A stretch of DNA of 57,210 nucleotides, counting the filler, from Trypethelium eluteriae (lineage: Eukaryota): assembly GCA_051942245.1 (NCBI GenBank). It is 2 parts of 2 records of this genome, joined end to end, with 100 filler letters (N's around TTAATTAATTAA, not from the genome) between each part and the next. Parts side by side here need not be neighbours in the genome. Positions count along the whole stretch, not along the records: positions 1 to 28,594 come from JAVECL010000308.1; 1 more part is not named here. One strand, written 5' to 3'. Below are positions 13,901 through 25,777 of this stretch, piece after piece. A program made the position numbers and the translations under genes. Numbering within the stretch: the first letter of the stretch is position 1; each line of letters starts with the position of its first letter. A model generated the notes under the pieces. The model worked only from the letters and a program-made list of their open reading frames with translations. It ran no database searches and was not told where the DNA came from.

Positions 13901-16400
13901 GAGCCAGAATAGATGGGAAAATTTCCACATTAGGCAACCACTTGTTCGTTAGCAGCGATGCTTATCTGATGGCGAACATTTCAAGCCTCCTTTTCAATCC
14001 ACCATGTGGACGAAGAAGAAGTGTGCGCAATTATAGAATTGCGAGATCGACTCCTAGAGACTTGATGTTAGTGTCTTGAACTAATTCGTCTCTTTGTGAT
14101 CGTGGTGCGGGCGGTAGCCATAGCTCTTCACAATCGGACTGCGGCCGTTCTCAAACAGACGATTAATACAAATTGCCATCAATCATTGTTTTTCTTCAAT
14201 CTTGCAATCATCTCCAGATTTCAGTCCTCCTTCACTGTTCCCTAACTTAGAAGGACCGCATATCTGGGATATTCTATTAGAAAATAGGCTGTTCTCCGGT
14301 TGATAACTTGATTCGGATTTGAAAGTGTTAAAAGATGACCACGACCAGCACTTTTTCCCGGATTTATGAGGATGCGGCATTCCTGGACGTCAGACTCCAT
14401 CCATGGCGATCGATTCCAGGACGTCACAGTTTGGACCTTCTCGTTCTGAGATTGTTGAAGCTGCCAAAGTACGCCGTATGCGATGGTTGCCGGGAATCTA
14501 TGAGTAAAGTTGTCGAGGGTCAGCCTTCTTTGCTCAAGACGCGTTGCGGAACTTTAGAATGTTGATGGATCATGCCCAAATCAGACGAGTGAGCGCGAGT
14601 CTGTCCCCCCAACCCTCTCTGACCCTTTGACCCGTTTTCTCAATTTATCAAGGACAGGACGCTTGTCCAGCCTCACTCTTTGCGCTCGAGGAAAAGCCAG
14701 GTCTAGGTCTGCTAGCTCAAACAGGGCTATTGCCACTGACCACGAACACGCCGCTAGCTGCTGTGCGACACTATGTCTGTACACAGCTCGGACAAGCATA
14801 AAGAAAAAAATCCGAAAATAAGATGCAGACTCAATTTTTGAAATTTCATCATGGAAAAGGCAAATAATTGTCGATAAGATTCATTGAAAGCTTGGGACTC
14901 ACCATTTCTACGCGGCATTGTCCTATGCGAAGGCACCGAACCGGCTTCTGTACACCTTCAAATACCGGACAACCTTGGCTGGACCAGCTTCCGAGGACGT
15001 TTGAGGCTCTTGCAATCTCGCAAGGTCATAGGTTTCTTATGGGTCGCTGCCCAAAATTGCCTAAGGGATGAGAGGCCATTAGCTCATTGTCGTGCGCTCG
15101 TGTAAGCATCTACTCTTCCACAAAGTGATGGCCAGAGCCCCGTCCAAGCCCCGAAAGATGTGTGTTTTCGATATTCGCGTGAGGCTCTGTACGAATCATG
15201 CGATGAAGTCAGCGTATACTCTCGAATTCGGAACCGGACTTCTCGAAGTTGGTAAACGCAATCAGAACGATGTGACGGATGACTGGCTATCTTCTAGTAA
15301 TCTTTCCATCACTTCACGATCAAGTCACTTGTATGTCTTCAGTGATAACCAGCCATTGATTTACTTGGGATTACACCTCGACTCAAGGTTACAACCCTGC
15401 GAGGACACCATCGGTAGTAGGATCTGTGGCCGCCCCTTCCTAAAACTGCACTACACAGCACGACATAGGGTGCATTCATCAGGTTGCAGTGATTGCATCC
15501 GGTGCACGGAAACGGCTAAGAGAATTGATTGCATACTTTGGTGAGGATGTGAACAGAGCAGGCCGCAGAACCTGGGAGGACAAAGAGGTCAGTCTCGAGC
15601 TATGTGCCCACCAATGAAAGCAATGGCAATCTTACCATACGGACTTGACAAAGGAGCCCCAATCGTCCAGTCCTACAGGTCTCAAAGGGATGTCGTGCTC
15701 AGCTCCACTCTTGCGAGCAGCTATGTCTTGAATTGGCCTTGCTTTTCGCTCGTTCCGATTGACTGACAATCTTCGTCCGATGATCGTCTCACCAGCCACG
15801 GCAGCCGTTGACGAGCAGTCCATTGTCGACGAGTGGAATCGCCGTGAAAGCCACGTTCGATGAAAAGTGACTGCAGCAGAATCAAAATTGTTCAACTCAT
15901 CGACCGCATTGAAGCCACAGCATTTGTTGCCCTAGTGCAGCTGAAGACCTGATCAAAACTCAGTGAGGTGAGGACGTAAGGTGATTCAATAGTGCCTGCG
16001 AGAGAAACAATGCGACGGCATTGTCATTGGCTCGAGGATCGTCTTTGTGCTGCGAAGAAACCATACTGGCCGATGCCCAGCTCACATTCAGCTCGACGCA
16101 GGTCCCGAAACTCTTGTGCCTCCGACCTAGAGATATTGTGTCGAAAGCAGGTACTCTTACGGTGGTTCTCGCGCAAGCGTCAAGTGTGCACGTCTTGGAG
16201 AAGTCGATAGGCCTGAGATACTCCTCTTGGAAGGGACGTCTCTTCGACAAGAGAAGATACTGACATCAGCGCTATCTTATTAATCTTCAAGTGGCGTGCT
16301 GGACTTACCCATCGATGAAAAGCTGTTGAGACAGCAAACGTCTTGTCGGCTCCTCACCGAGCACAGACAAAGTGCCTGCACCTAGTGTCATCATGCACGT
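10990..16400 (-). pseudogene. Degenerate remnant of a large, unidentified protein-coding gene
   Basis: A co-oriented chain of protein-like minus-strand fragments (257-aa ORF 12805-13578; also 11558-11900, 12007-12189, 14242-14520, 14581-14936) broken by stops and frameshifts. A GTAAGT donor survives near 16308. Family not recognised and boundaries approximate. Confidence 0.4.
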
Positions 16401-19129
16401 GAAGGTGAGCCTTGCTGCAGCAGCTTGTGTACTGCAGCTTACCCCACAGCAACTAAGTAGGTTTGAGCTTGAGGTATCTTGGCTGGGTCAGACACCACAG
16501 CCAGCCGCTGCGCGAATGAGACCTGTGGGCACAAGCTCGATGTCCCAACTGAGGACATGCTGAAGGAAGTAGTGGATAGCTACAGCCGATGGTCAAGGAC
16601 CTCTATGCTGCGTAGCAGCAACAGCCACAGTCGGCAATAGTAACCACGAAATGCAGAGTCGACCAGTCCATGCCGATACGAGGATGCAGTCAGGGCTTTT
16701 CGTCAAGAATATAGACATTACGGTACTGCGCGTCGCAAGAAACCTCAAGCGCTCTAACGAAGAGGCACTCAAGGCATGCAGTACGCTGTTGCCATGGTGG
16801 ATAGAACTTCGTTGTTGACGAGTGCTGTGGGTGGAAGAGGGGAAGGAAAGGAAGTGGCGGGGGGTCATGGGATATACAATTGGAAGGCAACAACAGTGAG
16901 GCTGCTAACCCACGGGCGACAAAGAGGCCGTGCGTCTGAGAACACCATGTCAATCAATACAAGATCCTGGAACAGGCCTCAACGACCCGAAACCGAACAC
17001 ACCCAGGAGATGACGGAATATGTTGAGTCCTCTTCTATGGATCATGACCATCTACGTGGGCAGTGTCCTTCGGGCTTCAACAGCAGACCCCGGCACTTGA
17101 TGTGGGCCTTTAGAGGCAATCACGCTATTCTTGATACCTGGAGTTCGGGAAGACTGCTGTATGAGCAAACGTCTGTTGCTAAAGCCCCGCTGCCTACCTC
17201 TGTAACTCCCTGATCACTTGATGATCAAGATTGCCTTGTGGATCCAATATACGGTCCGCGTGGCTGTTCGAATCGGTTCGACTATGTTCCAGCCTAGCTT
17301 GGCTATGGCCATGGTCACCGACAAGGAGTTACGCCCTTGCACTAGGACTTGGCAAGTACTAAGGTTAGGTAGGTACTCAGGTTTGCCTGGATCAGCCTAC
17401 TTCCCGAGTGACCTGGGGAATCAGGTATGCAAGATACTGTGGCCCTTGCCCCAACCAACCACTCCAATGCGGTGATGGCGAGCCATTTTCAAGGTTCTTT
17501 CCTAAGTCTCTTTGTTATCTGGGTTCAGGCTAGCTGAATTATACTAGAGCCAATTACAAATAGCAGTCGGCTCGCGATTGGGCTTTAGTGTTCAGGTTCG
17601 AGGGCTTTATTGGTGCTAACGGTATTACATTACTGCTGAGTCAAGCATATCTGAAAGCATCACCAATCATAGTGAAATTAGGCTCCCTGAGAGGGTCGTC
17701 CAATACTTACTCTGTTTAGCAGGGCGCTCTCCTAATCGTCTTGAAATCAACTAGACCGTCGGACCCAATCGTACAAGTCAGTAGCACGACCTATAACCTT
17801 TTTGATCACAGTCTCAGATACATAATTTGGACTAATATCTTGCATTGGTAATCAATTGGGAGATTTGGTCATATTTCTGAAAATCATCGATCCCATGACA
17901 TCATTCAGTCACTCTCTGGGTTCAGATATGAGAGCGATTAAATGATTGAGGCACTTGCCCGATGCCAATTGGAACAAATCCCTCATGTTGAGCTTTGTGG
18001 GCTAAAGTCTGACTCAATCTCTTCAGCCACAATTAAACTCATTGTTCTCGCGGATCAGTTGATAGAGGAAGAGCCATGCGTCTTTTGTTTGATCACTGAG
18101 CCTTGCCCACATGATTGCAGCCTTGGTGCGAAGGGCGTGCATCATGGATTTTTAAAGCCAGCTCGAACAACAGCGCCGCGTAATGGAAGCAAGAGGCAAG
18201 GGGTTCTGGTACCACCACGGCGTGGGGTCAGTGGGAGAGAACAAAGATATTTCATCGAATGACAGACTACCTCCAGCCTCTTCCTGCGTCCGACGTCTAC
18301 GGCGTCCCCCAATGGGATCTTTCAAACCCAAGTAAGATATTTACACAGGGGGCTTAGCAAATCAAAATCGAAGTATTTCCTCCACAATCCTGCAAATTCC
18401 CTTCTTAAGGAGCGATTATCATCATTTTGTGTGAGACCACGCTAGTCTATATCAGAAACATTGATGCAGGAGAAAGCGACACTCGACTGAATCATTAAAC
18501 CAGATCCCTGGATTGCAGGTCTGCTGCATAATTAGAGCTCCAGTGCGCTGTGTAGAAGAGGAAAAGCTGCTGCGGTGAACGAACCTCACTGGTCTAGACC
18601 ATATTTCCAACCCCTTTTGCCATCAACAGGTACTCTCATCTTTAATCCATCTCACCACCATTTGGCACCAAAGAAGTCAACTCTATCTTCCCAAATCTTT
18701 CTAATGTTACAAACGTCCAAGCTTGCTACGCTTCTGGTGGCAATAGTCTTTCGGGCCCTTGTGTGGCGCTAGCCTGGGCTAGCCTTGCGACTTGCGCTCA
18801 GTCTCGAGAACCCTTCAATAACGTCCACGACTCAAGCAGGACTTGAGAAACACATCACTCAACCCTCCCCAAACGAAGGCCAGATCGGGTCAGATCACTT
18901 CCACCATGCGATTGTCGAGGTTTTGCCAACGCTTACGCGATGATTGGTCCCATTACGGCGTCCTCACAAGATTTGAATTACGACAGGTTGTCAAGACCTT
19001 CGGAGACGTCCTCTCATGATCACTTCTGCCTCAATTATCAAATTCCATTTAGCATATACTCTATTCGACCTATGGATGCCTACATCAGCCACAGCAAGAC
19101 CAGAATAATCTCGACCCATGCAGCGGGGA

Positions 19130-20654
19130 TCACGTCGCTTTCAAGCCAAACCGAACCCTGATTCTCCGGAACAACTCAGCAGCCATCGCCTCCCTAGTCG
19201 CCTTCGTCCTCCCTGCCGCGTCCCTGTTCTCTGCCGCTCTTCGCAGCAAATAATTCAAACAGTCCCTCATGCCACCCCAAGTCGTCGCCTTGTACGCTTT
19301 AGGTGGATCGACCATCCCTTCCTCGCCCGTCGCGCCAGCCTCCAATGCCGCCTTCGCAGCCTGCACAAGTTCGCACGAGACCTCATCCGCCATACCTTGC
19401 AGCTGGCCATAACATAAGTCGGGAAGATGATCAACGGACGTCTGAGATAACTGAGCGTTACGCAACTTCTGAGCCTTGCGTACGGAATCAGCGTTGTGCG
19501 TTGCCAACATCACAGCAATTCTTGGGAATGGATCTGGCTTGCTGTCCAGGGGCTGCAAGATACCACCATACTGTCGCTTTAAGAGATTCTCGACCAGCAT
19601 GTCGTAGGCATTATCCGTGTCTTCTTTGGAGGCTTGGACAAGTTGTTTTGGTTCTGAAGCGAGATAAGCACCGCGGACAAGTTTGACGCCAAGTGTGTAA
19701 TTGTTGGTCTTGGCATCGACCAGATGAGATGACAACACACCAGGAGTCGCGCGCAAATAGGCCTGGTATGTACTGTATACGGTAGGTCTGCGCGACCCGT
19801 TGGAAGACGGACGGTTATAAATACGTTGAAGATTTAATGTCCAGGCTTCATAGCCAGGATTTGTGTTTGATTCTTCAGCTGCGGGAAGCAGAGACACATT
19901 CTTTGCAGAAGCAGCATCGCACACTGCTCTCATTGCTGCGTCCATGGATCGTGAAGGAGGACTTTTATCCTTCATGAGTTGCAATGCACTACTACCAAGG
20001 CCAGACCATCTGAGAACCGGTCAGTAAACAGTTGAGTAATGCTAATGATCTGTGAGGGATAGCATGCGAGAAAACTGACTTGAGACCCACAAAGCTCCCT
20101 GAATTCGCCAACGCCACGGTTTCTAGCATGCCCTTCCGCCATCTTTCAACTGCAGCCTCGCTGTTCTCCGCCCCTCCCTCGAGCACTTCAAGCGCGTATT
20201 CGAGAATAACGTCTGTATATCCACATGCATGCAGTTGCTGCATCGACTTTTGCACCTCCGCCCTCGTCTCACCTATGCAGAACTGCTTGTAAAATGTCTG
20301 GTATAGGAGGGCACGAATGACAGGATTTCGATCAACGTCAACAAGATAAGACTTGGACTTGAGCATCCGCTTCAGAAGACTGATAGAGGCACCCAGGATG
20401 GTAGGTGAGGAGGATACAGAAGTGATGAGGAATGTCCGCAGAACACTGGACAAGGGCAATGTGCTCAAAGGAGGCTCTCTGTGAGCCGGGGCCAGTGGCT
20501 TGTGTAACTCATTTGGATGACGATTAGATCCCAGAGGCGCTGCAGAAGACTGGGTACCCTGCCCTTGTGTCGAGCGAATGGTCCGGATTTGCTGATATGA
20601 GCATGGTAACCTGGGTGATCGAAGACGCATCGTTCGTAATTTTGCGGGCTTCAT
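19130..20654 (-). CDS. PUT1: Mitochondrial proline dehydrogenase (proline oxidase); 2 exons (20654-20080, 20009-19130)
   Basis: Arg-rich presequence, TFYKQFCIGE, ILEYALE, spliced GLKWSG, VYSTYQAYLR, GVKLVRGAYL, MLATHNADSV, GQLQGMADEVS and YLLRRAAEN. Confidence 0.95.
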
Positions 20655-23535
20655 TGCTTGCAGTAGGTAGTGCCGTTGCCTGAGTAGATAAAGGGAGCTG
20701 TGTTAGGACACCCTCTCAATCGAGCTGTAGCCTGTGACAGATCCTTTGAAGTGCCCCAGGCGGTCAATGAAGCCCCACTTGAAGTGCTCTCTGTCACAAG
20801 TGTATCTGCCTAGTTAGATAGGCCGTAATTGACATGGCTGTCACGAACCTTCTCGCGTGGGGTAGATATGGTTTGAGTGAGGGGCAAATCCTGCGAGGTC
20901 TATAAGTAAGCGCCTGTTCCACCAGTGCAATCGCTGGTTCATAAGGGCCCACGCAAAATGATCCTTGCTCTTCCACTTCTCTTACTCTGCAGAACGCTAT
21001 CTGATCATAGCGTGTACCTTGTGCTCAATCAGAGCCTATGGCCTCTGCCCATTCACTCCCTTGTCTGACATTCACTACTCTTCCACCACAACCTCACTGC
21101 CACATCTCTCCGACGTCAATGCAGGTGAAAGGGCACGGGCTTGACAGAATGCCTTTGATATTTGGTCTGCATTTGGGAACAGTTCAACGGAATTCGTTTA
21201 TCAATCCGTCCTTACTTCTGGTCCTTCTCATGGATCAGAACCATCCTCACCGACAATCGAGACAACTTGACATGAGCAAGGGCTCAGTATGCGAAGGGAC
21301 GAGCTTCAAGCGCTTGTGAAACTCACAGGTATCTTAACGAGTAACTTAGCAATGGACAGATGCTATATGCTCACACTGATAAGCCGACTGTTTGGCAAGG
21401 CACTTACCAGCTACTCTACCCTTCCCCGGCTCGCCTTCCTTTGCGACCTTCCCAATCAATGTTGGGCACTCTGACAGACAACATCGCTGGAGCCAGACAA
21501 GATCGATGTCGGACGACGGACCTCCTCTTAATCTCACATCTGTCTGGCTGTCTCATCTTGCGCGGATGCTCAATGCAGTTCTGACCAATGAGTCCTGAAC
21601 AAACACCAAACCGAACGGCATCCTATAGACTGCATTGTCCATGGATAGATCGTCAAAGTCGACTTGCAGTATCGAGACCAGACACAGTGGACCCCTGCTC
21701 AACCCGTATACCATGCCAAGCTCTCATCCGATCACCAAGACACAATATCTATTCGTCCTAGGTTATGCTTACGGTTCTGAACACATGTGCAGCTTGCAAA
21801 TCGAAGGAAACCTTGATTATCTTCCGTTATCTATGGTCTAGGTTATCCATCCATCCTCTGCCATGATCCAGCCTTGGAACTGCGCACGGACCCTTGCCTC
21901 TTTTCATCACGACGCTTCTCTTGGTTGGGATGAAAACATCGTCTCGTACCCATCACATCTCTGATACAGTAGGGTTCGCCGGATACAAGTCCTTGCTTCG
22001 AATGCTTTTCGATATTCTGGACTTTACCTCGCACTCGCCTGCACCGCCTAGAGTACCCCGCCTGCACCGCCACATACGGACCGGGGAGACAAGACCTTGA
22101 AACATATCGGGCCAGCTCTCGATCTAACCCATCTCGTTCTCGGCTTCCGACCTTGATCTCAACGCCGTAGAATCGCTCGACATCTTTTCCTTCTTGGCCT
22201 TCGTCATGATATACTGTCCAAGCCTCCACCTGACCTCCAAACGCGTTGAGTTGATCTCAAATGGCGTCATTTGGTGCTCAGTTTTCTTCTCATCAACCCA
22301 GGCGACTTCCCAAGCAGGAAGGTCCCGGTATTCTTGACAAGATCGACAACCGTGGCAGAACTCTTGTCATTTTATTGCAAGATCCCTCGCGCCATCACCA
22401 TCGTGGCGTCTCCAGCATACAGTCGACTTTTGAAACTATTGAATACACAGCTACGACCGATGCAATGAGAAGTGATATTGTCGTCGTCTCTAACATCCCG
22501 GGAGCGCTATCGATGTCTGTAAGGACTGAGTCTTTCTCGTATAGCGCAGGATGCTCCAATGCCCGGGTGGCTCCGCTGTTAGCCAACTCTTCTTCTCAAC
22601 ATGTGGATGGTTGAGAACCAAAGGTTACTATGAATCCAAGCATCCGGTGATCCAGGCATGTACAAACCGAGATTCATCTTGCCGGGACGACTTGTGACTG
22701 ATGTGTCTGCGACGCTGTCACATTCGTATTCTAGTCCTGAACCATTTTGTTCTCTCGGTAGCATTCATTATTTAGTAACACGTTCTCCCGCTCTGATGTC
22801 CTCGTGACATGGTCTTAACACCGGAAGATTAGCAGAGGAACAATTTCGTGACAAAAGAGCTGCTTATTGGCCTGGCCGATTACTGAGTAATTGGCATGCA
22901 ATAAGCTTGGAAGCTTATTTGCGCGACTGGATAAACTGGAAGCATATGACCTTGGAGGATATTCGAAAGCACTACTAGGAGATCAGGAACATCCCACACG
23001 ATACCAAAGGGACTGAGTATACCTACAACGTTGTCCACTGAGGCAAAATAGTATGGGTTCCAGCTACCAAACATGTAAAAATGATTGATTTTGGCCAAAC
23101 CTACACCTCTACCCTGAAGCTGATGATAGCTTTTCCAAAAGCATCGTCGTCATGTTCTTTGCTGTCCTTGATCAGGGTTAGTATAGCCGGCAATATCGAA
23201 AGCAGATGCAGCATCAAGTCAGGTCTATGAACGGTACAAGTGATACGTTCTGGGGAACCATCCTGCACCCGTCAGTCAATCTTCGATGCCCCTGCTGTGC
23301 GGTCTCTCTGCTGCAACTCACCGGCTCTCCTCAACTCCGCACCTTTTGGACAGACTGGAACATAAACTTGGTCGACAGCGACCGGGACGACAGCGACTAG
23401 GACGATAGCGGCCGAGAAGGCACGTAACTAGTTCAGATTCCCATTACGGCTTCGGCAGTCGTTCAGATTGGACAGCCACAGCCAGAGCTTTGGTTTGCCA
23501 TGCAAGACGATCAATAGCTTAGCGGCCAAGCTTCT

Positions 23536-24111
23536 TCATTCGACAACTCTATCAACATCTGACACATCTTGGCCTGGGTTGTTGTCATTCTTGGCCGTCG
23601 GCGATGTTGGTGCCTGCTCGATCTGTGGTCGCAAGTCCAATAGTCTCGTCAAGTCGTCCTCGTCTCGCTTCGATAAGCAACCATCATCAGTCAAAGGTGT
23701 TTTTTCATCCACCTTCCGCGCCTCGCCAAAATCAATTATCTTTGGATGTTTTGTGGCTGGGTCCCACATTATGTTGTTTTGGTGGATATCGTTGTGTGTG
23801 TACCCAGCCTCTTTGATTTTGTGGAGGGCGTCCCTGATTTCCTGTTGGTGCTCTTTAATGCTCTCCAATGTCATTGGCTCCAGTCTCTCCATCCAAAACC
23901 CGACGAAGCTCCCGTTCTCGGGATGCAGGACGGGCCCTTCTGACACTCGGACGACTGGCTGGATGCCTTGGTCTTGTAGCGACACCAATATGTCGTGTTC
24001 TTTCGAGATGTCGTTGAGCCATCTAGAGTCCCCCCAGGTCGTCGGCCATATACTCCCACGGCGGTTGCATCTGAGCACGCCGTGATCGGCGAATGTAGTT
24101 GATATCAGCAC
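23536..24111 (-). CDS. Protein kinase-like domain protein; 5' structure unresolved, possibly frameshifted
   Basis: GFWMERL hinge, catalytic loop YTHNDIHQNNIM and IIDFG. The upstream ATG-bearing ORF 24023-24361 is in a different frame. Confidence 0.6.
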   Translation of the reverse strand: MLISTTFADHGVLRCNRRGSIWPTTWGDSRWLNDISKEHDILVSLQDQGIQPVVRVSEGPVLHPENGSFVGFWMERLEPMTLESIKEHQQEIRDALHKIKEAGYTHNDIHQNNIMWDPATKHPKIIDFGEARKVDEKTPLTDDGCLSKRDEDDLTRLLDLRPQIEQAPTSPTAKNDNNPGQDVSDVDRVVE

Positions 24112-24839
24112 CTGTCACGAAGGACTTCAGAGTTCCTTCATCAGCATCCGAGAAGAGGTCAGGCGATGACGATATCGCCTCCAATCTGCTCGGAGAGCCT
24201 TGAAAAGCCTGCTTTTGTTTGATTATGGATCGTCCAACTACTTTTGGACGTGGGGGACGTGAATCGGGCCAGTTTTTCTGATGGCCCATTCCCTTAGCTC
24301 CCTCCGCGAACGGCTGCCCCAGCGTTGGGACGTGCTCGCTTGTCCCCTGATATTCATCCATCGTTGATGGAGGCAGGAACTGTGCCTCCTCTGACGAGAT
24401 AGCGTAGCCAAGACCTCAAATGGCATCTGAAGAATGCTATACAGTTTGTATGGGGGTCGTCCATTTGGATCGATTTCCATATTTCGCGACAAATCTCTCA
24501 CATGTCACTGTGCCGCCTTCTGGGGAGCAACACATTACCCCTCTCGAGGAGATTACATTTTGTGATTGTTAGCAGAACTCCAGTGTTTACCATTACCGGA
24601 TATGGGACTTTGGACACGTCAGCGACAAGGGAAATGCGAATTTTGTGTTTAGCAATTTCCCGAGGCATCACAACTACAAGCTACTGGTACTATGCCCTGA
24701 CGATCGCATGACAGGAGATTCGCGTGACAAAGCCTACCTGAGGCTCATCATGATTGCCATCGAGATGCGGCAAAAAGGCTGCTGATCCCTGTACAACACA
24801 GAATCACAAGCCTATGGCAAGTCTGAAAGCATGATGACT

Positions 24840-24995
24840 GAGAGAATTGGGGGTGCATCCCTCGACAAAGGACGCTGGGAAAAGATACACCTTGTATTAA
24901 GAATCGATCCGAAACCCCATCTTCAAGAACTGGGGAGTTCTAAGATGACTCAATGACATCTCGGGAGAACGCCACGTATTGGAAGAACTGGGTAG
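24840..24995 (+). pseudogene. Short decayed inverted paralog of the neighbouring kinase-like gene
   Basis: 24930-24982 matches the reverse complement of 23985-24037 at 40/53 nt (WGVLR*LNDISGERHVL vs WGDSRWLNDISKEHDIL). An upstream HLVLR matches HGVLR in a shifted frame. Confidence 0.6.
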
Positions 24996-25777
24996 CTCCC
25001 GGATGACCAAGGAAAATACAGGCGTTAGTGCTGCCTAGGCCCACCACCCACGCATCAAATTTCATATCCGACACGTCCGATCCCCGTGTCTTGGACAGTG
25101 ATAGGCCGAGTTCTAGGTCTGGCCTCATGATTGCGCTCGTGCACGGTGCCGTCGAGAGACTTCTGGCTACCCGGCGCAAGGTGGAGATGGATTACACCGA
25201 AGACATGCAACCAGTAGCTCAGTAAGTAGCGATGCCTCCAATATGGTCCATTTCAACGCTAACATTAGTACTAGCTACTTTCGCGGTGCACAAGATGTAT
25301 ACGCGAGCAAGACTATCTTCATGAAACATTCTGCCTAATGGTACGCGGCGAAGCTTTTTCCAGATCAATCTGAGTAGAAGGCCTCAGCAATCGGACAAAC
25401 TCAGCTCAACGCCCCACATATCTGAATTGCAACATGGGGAGCGTGACATATGGGTACTTCACGCAATCTTATCATTCCCTGACGCTATATCACTATCCGG
25501 ATACTAAGGCATACTTGCGCAACACAATCACATTAATCACTTAGCGACTTGCTCGGCTGGGCTTTGGACAGAGCAGTGATGACGGGTTGCGGCTGTTTCC
25601 TCATTCTTTGCCTTGTCAAGCGTAGTTTACCCGTAGAAGTACTTATATTTTGATGGCAGAATTTCGCATCTCAATGTTCCGTAGATGTAATCCACTCCAT
25701 CTTCGCGGTATACTTGATACCACGGTACCTACATGGTAAGGGCACCGTGGTCGCAAAGGGCTGACTCGCGCGTCTCG

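Noticed and set aside
17265..17290. GTTCGAATC / GGTTCGACT resembling a tRNA T-loop
   Set aside because: No cloverleaf stems or A-box could be found around it.
9580..17385. GTACCTACCT at about 9607 and its inverse AGGTAGGTAC at about 17367 as terminal inverted repeats of an element
   Set aside because: The match is only 10 bp of a low-complexity motif common in fungal intergenic DNA, and similar words occur near 33745 and 34095. No target-site duplication or transposase is visible.
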